Assembly (NCBI GenBank): GCA_965279375.1
Contig: OZ257156.1
Span: 1,088,001-1,152,000 of the forward strand
Length of the DNA: 64,000 nt
Origin: Gemmatimonas sp.
GTDB taxonomy: Bacteria > Gemmatimonadota > Gemmatimonadetes > Gemmatimonadales > Gemmatimonadaceae
Direction: 5' to 3'
Shown: one piece after another, positions 58,649 to 64,000 of the stretch
Numbering within the stretch: position 1 is the first letter of the stretch
Layout of the letters: every line of letters starts with the position of its first letter
The notes under the pieces: model-generated
The model's database searches: none
Told to the model about the DNA's origin: nothing
Seen by the model: the letters and a program-made list of their open reading frames with translations, nothing else
Translations under genes and position numbers: made by a program

Positions 58649-59044
58649 CTACTTCGTCTGCGGCCAGCTCGCCGTGATGATGCTCTTGAGCCCACCACGC
58701 ACGTTGAAATCGCCCACGACCGTCATGTGCTTGGGCGCACACGACGCCACCAGATCATCGAGAATGCGATTGACGGCGCGCTCGTAGAAAATGCCGTCGT
58801 TGCGAAAGCTCCAGAAATAGAGCTTGAGGCTCTTGGCCTCGAGGCACTTCTCGGCCGGCTTGTAGGTGATACGAATGGTCGCGAAGTCCGGCGCGCCCCC
58901 TTCAAGCAACGTCAGTTCGGCAGCATCGCTTTCAATGCCACCCAACGGACAGAGCGACGTGAACTCCGTCGTCTCCATGTAGATCTCATAGTCCCGATCC
59001 GCATACGGATTCGGAAACGTTTCCAGCAGCTGTGGTTTCGGCAT
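58649..59044 (-). CDS. queF: NADPH-dependent preQ0 reductase (type I)
   Basis: LETFPNP, EFTSLCP, PDFA, EAKSLKLY, FYE, FNVRGG. Confidence 0.92.
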   Translation of the reverse strand: MPKPQLLETFPNPYADRDYEIYMETTEFTSLCPLGGIESDAAELTLLEGGAPDFATIRITYKPAEKCLEAKSLKLYFWSFRNDGIFYERAVNRILDDLVASCAPKHMTVVGDFNVRGGLKSIITASWPQTK

Positions 59045-59065
59045 GCCGGAAAACTAGCCGCTGGA

Positions 59066-59989
59066 TCAGTCGCCGCGCAGCTTCTTGGACCACGCCTCGA
59101 GGAGCGCCTTTTCTGCCGTCGTCAACGCCGTCAGCCCTTCGGCGGCGATCTTGTCGAGCACCGCATCGAGCGCGGTGGCAGGCACCGGAGTCACGGTCGC
59201 CGTGGTGGTGGCGACCGGTGGGTTGTTGGCAGGACGCACGCGCGCCACAGCGGCCTTGCTCTGCGCGACGATCTCATCGATGTCGCGATCGCGCGGACGC
59301 GCGGTGCCACTCTTCGGGATAGCGCGCGGCGTTTCGTCGCCGTAGTCAGGCGCCGGCGCAATGCGACGACGCAACCGGTCGAGGCTGCCGGCGTTGGGCG
59401 TCTTGAGGAAGATCCACCCGGCGACCATGCCGCCGATGTGCGCGGCATATGCCGTCCCGCCCACGCTGCCATGATCGATGACGGCCATCGCGACGTTCAT
59501 CACCGCCATGAAGAGCACGAGCCACCGCACCTTCATGGGCACCACGCCGAAGAACAGCACTTCGTCGTCCGGCCAGCGCGACGCATACGCCACCGCCACG
59601 CCAAGGATCGCCGCCGACGCGCCGATGAGCACCGCACCGCTGCGCTCGAACATGTAGTGGAACGCCCAGCCACCGAGCCCGCACCACAGATAGAACCAGG
59701 TGAACGTGCTGCTTCCCCACGCCCGCTCGACGCGCGGCCCAAACAGCCACAGCGTCCACATGTTGAGCACGAGGTGCATCAACCCACCGTGCACGAACAT
59801 GTACGTCACCACGGTCCACAACGACCGCGAGGCCAGATCGCCGGGCGCGTAGCCCAGCGCATTCGCCATGACCGGCTCGCCCGTCAGCGTCGCCTGCACG
59901 AAATACACGCCCACGCACAGGCCGATGAGCCAGTACACGGCGGTCACACTGCGAGGCTGTTCGAACTCGTCGTAGGTTGCGTAAGCCAT
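59066..59989 (-). CDS. Rhomboid intramembrane serine protease with C-terminal DUF6576-like helix
   Basis: TYMFVH..HL..NM..LW.FG..VE, IGASAA, AHIGG; LD.VLDKI...G...LT..EK. Confidence 0.94.
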   Translation of the reverse strand: MAYATYDEFEQPRSVTAVYWLIGLCVGVYFVQATLTGEPVMANALGYAPGDLASRSLWTVVTYMFVHGGLMHLVLNMWTLWLFGPRVERAWGSSTFTWFYLWCGLGGWAFHYMFERSGAVLIGASAAILGVAVAYASRWPDDEVLFFGVVPMKVRWLVLFMAVMNVAMAVIDHGSVGGTAYAAHIGGMVAGWIFLKTPNAGSLDRLRRRIAPAPDYGDETPRAIPKSGTARPRDRDIDEIVAQSKAAVARVRPANNPPVATTTATVTPVPATALDAVLDKIAAEGLTALTTAEKALLEAWSKKLRGD

Positions 59990-60064
59990 GGAATTCGGCG
60001 AGGGCCAATCGGCGTATGCCGATCAGATCTGGAATCGCTGCGGCATCACTGCACGTTTACTGCA

Positions 60065-61105
60065 CTACTCCACAACGGAGCGTCGCAGCGCAACGTTGCG
60101 CGCATCAATGGCCAGCTGCACGATGCGCTCACACAGGTCGGGAAACAAGACACCGGCCGCCTTGGCGGCCAGTGGGATAAGACTGGTGGGAGTCATCCCC
60201 GGCAACGTGTTCGCTTCCAGACACCACGGCTGCCCATGAGGGTCCAGCCGGAAGTCGATGCGGGCGTAGCCGCCGAGCTTGAGCGCGGCGAACGCTCGCT
60301 TGGCCTGATCGGCCAGCTTGGACTGAATCTCCGGGGACAGCTCCGCCACGAACTCCTCAGCCATCCCCGGCGTGTACTTGCACTCGTAGTCGTAGAGCTC
60401 CTTGACCGGCTTGATCTCGATCGTCGGCAGTACCTGGTCGCCCAGGATGCCCACGGTCAGCTCCTGTCCCGGCACGAAGCGCTCCACCATCACCTCGTCG
60501 TCGAACCGGAACGCCTCGCGGATGGCAGCCGCCAGCTCGCTCGGCTCGCGCACAATGCTGAGCCCGACGGTGCTTCCCTGCTTGGACGGCTTGACCACCA
60601 CCGGCCAATCGAGATGTCGGCCGACCTCATCCGGATCGAGCCCCTCAGGCGGCGACATCATCCAGTTCGCGGTGGCCACCCCAGCCGCCCGCAGCACGAC
60701 CTTGGTGAGGTGCTTGTCCATCGCCAGGGCGCTGGCCAGATGACCGCTGCCGGTATACGTCACGCCAGCCATGTCCAGCACGGCCTGCACGGTGCCGTCT
60801 TCGCCCTGCCCGCCGTGCAGCGCGAGGAAGACGCAGTCGGCGCCGGTGATCTCCGGCATGGTGCCCAATACCGGCGAGAGCGACCGCGAGGCGAGCCCGG
60901 CCAGCGCCTCGAGACTGGGCGGAGCCGACCCGACGCCGCTCGCCAGCAACGCCTCCTCCTTCTCCCGCGAGAGCACCCCCTCTGCCGGATCGAGACAGAC
61001 GACCTCATGACCCTTGGCGCGCAGGCCGACCGCAATGCGGAGCCCGGAGGAGAGCGAGACTTCGCGTTCGGCGGACACGCCACCCAGCAGGACGGTGATC
61101 TTCAT
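60065..61105 (-). CDS. ddl: D-alanine--D-alanine ligase
   Basis: GG.SAEREVS, LHGGQGEDG, AMDK, KP..GSTVG, YDYECKY, RIDF, EANTLPG. Confidence 0.97.
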   Translation of the reverse strand: MKITVLLGGVSAEREVSLSSGLRIAVGLRAKGHEVVCLDPAEGVLSREKEEALLASGVGSAPPSLEALAGLASRSLSPVLGTMPEITGADCVFLALHGGQGEDGTVQAVLDMAGVTYTGSGHLASALAMDKHLTKVVLRAAGVATANWMMSPPEGLDPDEVGRHLDWPVVVKPSKQGSTVGLSIVREPSELAAAIREAFRFDDEVMVERFVPGQELTVGILGDQVLPTIEIKPVKELYDYECKYTPGMAEEFVAELSPEIQSKLADQAKRAFAALKLGGYARIDFRLDPHGQPWCLEANTLPGMTPTSLIPLAAKAAGVLFPDLCERIVQLAIDARNVALRRSVVE

Positions 61106-61305
61106 GGGGTCAATTCTAACGGGAATCGGACGTTTCGATGGTGACATTCCCGTCGCGTTCGGTCTCCGCTGTGACACACCCCCCACAGCCGGGGTATGGC
61201 CCTATGAAGCGCACAGCAGAAGCTCCAGCAGCAGTTTCAGCGAAGACCAGCCCGACGGTGTCAGCTGCTGCTTCGGACTGTGCTCCACCATCTGCCCGAC
61301 GACCC

Positions 61306-61734
61306 ATGCGATACACGTTCCGTAAAACCGCTCCCACCGTCCTGCTTTCCGCCAGCCTGCTCGCGTTGATCGCCTGCGGCAAGGACGAAGCCATCGCCGA
61401 CCCTGACCCGTCGTCGCCGAACCAGGGCATCGTCGCCGGCACGCTCAACGTGTCAGCGGCACGCCCGAATCTGACGCTGCGCAACACCACCGAGTCGGTG
61501 GTGGGCTACATCGTCGTGGACAAGGACATGGCGGTGGTCGCGGTCTTCCCGCCCTGCGTGTCCCAGTGCGCCACGCTGGTGCAGGGCGCCTCGATCACCG
61601 TGCCTTACACGAACATCAGCGGCTACAAGTCCACGTCCACTGAAGCGATCGTGATGTGGTGGACGTACACCCGCGCCGCGGATGGCACGCTGCAAGCGAC
61701 CGGTGGTGTGCAAAGCACCAAGGTCACGCTGTAA
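61306..61734 (+). CDS. Hypothetical lipoprotein
   Basis: LIAC lipobox; PPC...C pair; first gene of the ECF cluster. Confidence 0.75.
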   Translation: MRYTFRKTAPTVLLSASLLALIACGKDEAIADPDPSSPNQGIVAGTLNVSAARPNLTLRNTTESVVGYIVVDKDMAVVAVFPPCVSQCATLVQGASITVPYTNISGYKSTSTEAIVMWWTYTRAADGTLQATGGVQSTKVTL

Positions 61735-61770
61735 GCTGGTCACGCCCTAACGTCGCGCTTCTTCGCACCC

Positions 61771-62331
61771 ATGCTTCAGCGACCGCCCTCGCTCGACCCT
61801 CGCACGCTGCGCCGCGCGCAGCAGGGCGACAGCACGGCGTTCGCTGAGCTGGTGGAGCAGTACTTTTCGCGCGCGCTGCGCTTCGCGATGCAGATGTTGT
61901 CGCGACGAGAAGATGCGGAAGAAGCGGTCCAGGACGCGTTCCTGCGCGTGCACGACAACCTCGCGCAGTTCCGCCTCGATGCGCCCTTCGATCCGTGGTT
62001 CTTTCGCATCCTCGGCAATCGCTGCCGCACACTGGCCACCAAGCGCAGTCGGCACCACGCCGTGATCGACTACGGCGATCTGCCGGCCGACGCCGCCAGC
62101 GTCGACTCCCCCGACACACCCGACCCGGCGTTCACGCGCCATCTCTACCGCGTGCTCGCCGAACTCCCCGCCGAGCAGCGCGAGGCATTTCTGCTGCATC
62201 ATGTGAACGAGATGGACTACGAAGAGATGACCATCGTGACCGGCGCCAAGGGCTCCACACTGCGCATGCGCGTGAAGCGCGCGATCGACACCCTGCGCAC
62301 GCGACTGCGCGATGGAGCTTTCCATGAGTGA
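61771..62331 (+). CDS. ECF RNA polymerase sigma factor
   Basis: GD..AF.ELV, DAEEAVQDAF, F..W..RI..N region 2; LP.EQREAFLL...Y.E region 4. Confidence 0.94.
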   Translation: MLQRPPSLDPRTLRRAQQGDSTAFAELVEQYFSRALRFAMQMLSRREDAEEAVQDAFLRVHDNLAQFRLDAPFDPWFFRILGNRCRTLATKRSRHHAVIDYGDLPADAASVDSPDTPDPAFTRHLYRVLAELPAEQREAFLLHHVNEMDYEEMTIVTGAKGSTLRMRVKRAIDTLRTRLRDGAFHE

Positions 62332-63019
62332 TGCCATGAACAACTCAACGCGATCGATGGACGACCAGCGCGACGATGATGTCTTCCTGCGCCAGGTCCG
62401 CGCCGCGCTCGCACCGATGCCAACGGTCGGTCGGCGCGCCATCGCGGACATCCTCACCGCAGTCGCCCAGCGCAAACCCACGCGCACACAGCGACTCCGC
62501 ATGCATCTCGATGCATTGCTCGATCAGCTGCGCATGTCCACCTCGCCGCTCACGCGCGGTGTCGCACTGGCCAGCGCAGCGCTCGCGATCGGCTTTGTCG
62601 CACGCGGCGCCTTGCAGTCCAACAACGCCGTGTCCGCGCCCGCGACATCGCTGGCGCAATCGACGAACAGCACGACTCCCGCACCGCGAGGCACAAATGC
62701 CGCACCGCTGCAGGCAGTCGGTGGCGCAGTCGATCCCGCCGAACTTCGCGTGCCGGTGCAGTTCGTGCTGGATGCGCAGACGGTGCGCGACGCAGTTCGC
62801 GTGAGCGTGGTGGGCGATTTCAATGACTGGGATGTGGACGCCACACCGCTGGCGCGTGATGCGAACGTCTGGAGCGTCACGCTCCCCATGACACAGGGGC
62901 GCCATGTGTATGCGTTCGTCGTCGATGGCACACGCTGGATCGCCGATCCGCGCGCACCCGAAGCGAAGGACGCCGACTTCGGTCGGCCTGCCTCCGTGGT
63001 GCTGGTGCAAGCGCCATGA
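62324..63019 (+). CDS. Putative anti-sigma factor with C-terminal CBM48/AMPK-beta-like glycogen-binding domain
   Basis: Cytoplasmic N-terminus, one TM, linker, then VQFV..VSVVGDFNDW..WSVTL..G.HVYAFVVDG..W..DP..DFG; overlaps the sigma stop. Confidence 0.85.
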   Translation: MSDAMNNSTRSMDDQRDDDVFLRQVRAALAPMPTVGRRAIADILTAVAQRKPTRTQRLRMHLDALLDQLRMSTSPLTRGVALASAALAIGFVARGALQSNNAVSAPATSLAQSTNSTTPAPRGTNAAPLQAVGGAVDPAELRVPVQFVLDAQTVRDAVRVSVVGDFNDWDVDATPLARDANVWSVTLPMTQGRHVYAFVVDGTRWIADPRAPEAKDADFGRPASVVLVQAP

Positions 63020-63738
63020 CGCTCGACATGACATTCGACATGACGCGCACGATCAAAGTCGCCGCAACGTTGCTCGCCGCAGCGATCGGCGCGCCGGAGC
63101 GCCTTGCTGCGCAGAACGTGCCGCAAGCGTACGGTGCGCAGACGAACGCTACGCTCGAACTGGTCGACGATGCGGCGGCACGCAACGCACTCCGCGCAAT
63201 CATCACTGACGCGGCGGCGAATGGGCTGCCTACCGCGCCGCTGGTCACCAAGGTGCGGGAAGGTGTGGCCAAGCGGGCGCCCGGGGAACGGATTCGCGCG
63301 GCGACCAGTCAACTCGCACAGCGACTGGCCACCGCCGCGACCGCGCTCGCGCCGATTCGCGCAGCCGATGAACCTTCCGCCGGTGCCGACGCGCTGCAGG
63401 TGGGCGTGCCCGCCTCCACGCTCACCGACATGCGCCGCCTGTGGCCGCAGAAATCGCTCACGGTACCGCTCGGCGTGTTGGCTGAAATGGTTTCGAGCGG
63501 GGTGTCGCATGCGAGCGCGTCACGCCGCGTGCGGGAGCTGCTGGTGAAGGGCGCCACTTCGTCCCAGTTGGCAGCTCTTGGAACGAATGTGCGAGCCGAT
63601 ATCGCGGCAGGACTCGCGCCGGACGCGGCGATGGAAGTACGATCGAGGGGTGTGCTTTCTCTTCTTTATCAGAGCGCGTCACCGTCGGCCCCAACCATCA
63701 CCGCGCCCGCAGGGACACCAATCCGGCCGCGACCGTAG
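63016..63738 (+). CDS. Hypothetical exported alpha-helical protein
   Basis: Signal peptide; GLP..PL..K..EG.AK; ATGA-coupled to the previous gene. Confidence 0.75.
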   Translation: MTLDMTFDMTRTIKVAATLLAAAIGAPERLAAQNVPQAYGAQTNATLELVDDAAARNALRAIITDAAANGLPTAPLVTKVREGVAKRAPGERIRAATSQLAQRLATAATALAPIRAADEPSAGADALQVGVPASTLTDMRRLWPQKSLTVPLGVLAEMVSSGVSHASASRRVRELLVKGATSSQLAALGTNVRADIAAGLAPDAAMEVRSRGVLSLLYQSASPSAPTITAPAGTPIRPRP

Positions 63739-63808
63739 CGGCCGCGCGACGGTCTCTCCATTCGGAGTCGCCGCCACGACGTTCGCGTTCCGTTTCGCGG
63801 CGTACGGC

Positions 63809-64000
63809 GTGATCGTGTTCGCGGCATTGGTCGGCGTATCCTCCCGCGCGTCGGCCCAGTCCAGTGCGCGCGATCGCATGACGTTCTGGATTGATGCGGG
63901 CGGTGCCGCGGTACAGCAGCCGGCAAGCCGTTCGCGCGCCGCCGGCACACTCGGTGGTGGCATGTGGTTGAGTGGACGTCGCATCTCGCTGGGTGCGGAT
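63809..64000 (+). CDS. Partial ORF, exported/outer-membrane-like protein (runs off the window; start uncertain)
   Basis: Open frame with hydrophobic stretch and ASAQ cleavage site followed by amphipathic beta-strand-like segments. Confidence 0.5.
   Translation, partial: MIVFAALVGVSSRASAQSSARDRMTFWIDAGGAAVQQPASRSRAAGTLGGGMWLSGRRISLGAD

Noticed and set aside
60065..61105. VanA-type D-Ala-D-Lac ligase
   Set aside because: Omega loop YDYECKY is the D-Ala-D-Ala type; no van genes

Overview
GC-rich bacterial chromosome segment. The gene repertoire (PEP-CTERM protein, Gemmatimonas-style SusC/SusD, ECF sigma/CBM48 cluster) suggests Gemmatimonadota; this assignment is inference. It holds about 60 CDS and one tRNA-Phe(GAA), with no rRNA, CRISPR array, integrase or transposase. 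Main modules: sahR-ahcY; mgtC-mlaE-mlaD; a split hexuronate pathway (gntR-uxuB-uxuA ... eda-kdgK); a subtilase under a c-di-GMP-I (GEMM)-like riboswitch carrying the G20A specificity change; TetR-AhpD-MOSC with a perfect 20-bp operator; matB/matC-like malonate uptake; LytTR/LytS; peptidases divergent from susCD; nhaA plus a pentapeptide-repeat gene; a permuted 4-domain multicopper oxidase; queF with an active-site loop insertion; rhomboid, ddl; and an ECF sigma with a CBM48-bearing putative anti-sigma. The strongest candidate for an undescribed system is 47.97-55.80 kb. There a BLUF blue-light photoreceptor gene with a sigma28-like promoter is divergent from an alphaproteobacterial-style (F5-like) cheA-cheW-PAS/PAS-MCP-cheY-cheB-cheR operon. 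The block is bracketed by two near-identical hairpins next to the tRNA-Phe 3' end, and cheA has AAG where its ATG is expected. Two probable pseudogenes and several long intergenic hairpins are also present. All family calls come from motif recognition by eye; no database searches were run.
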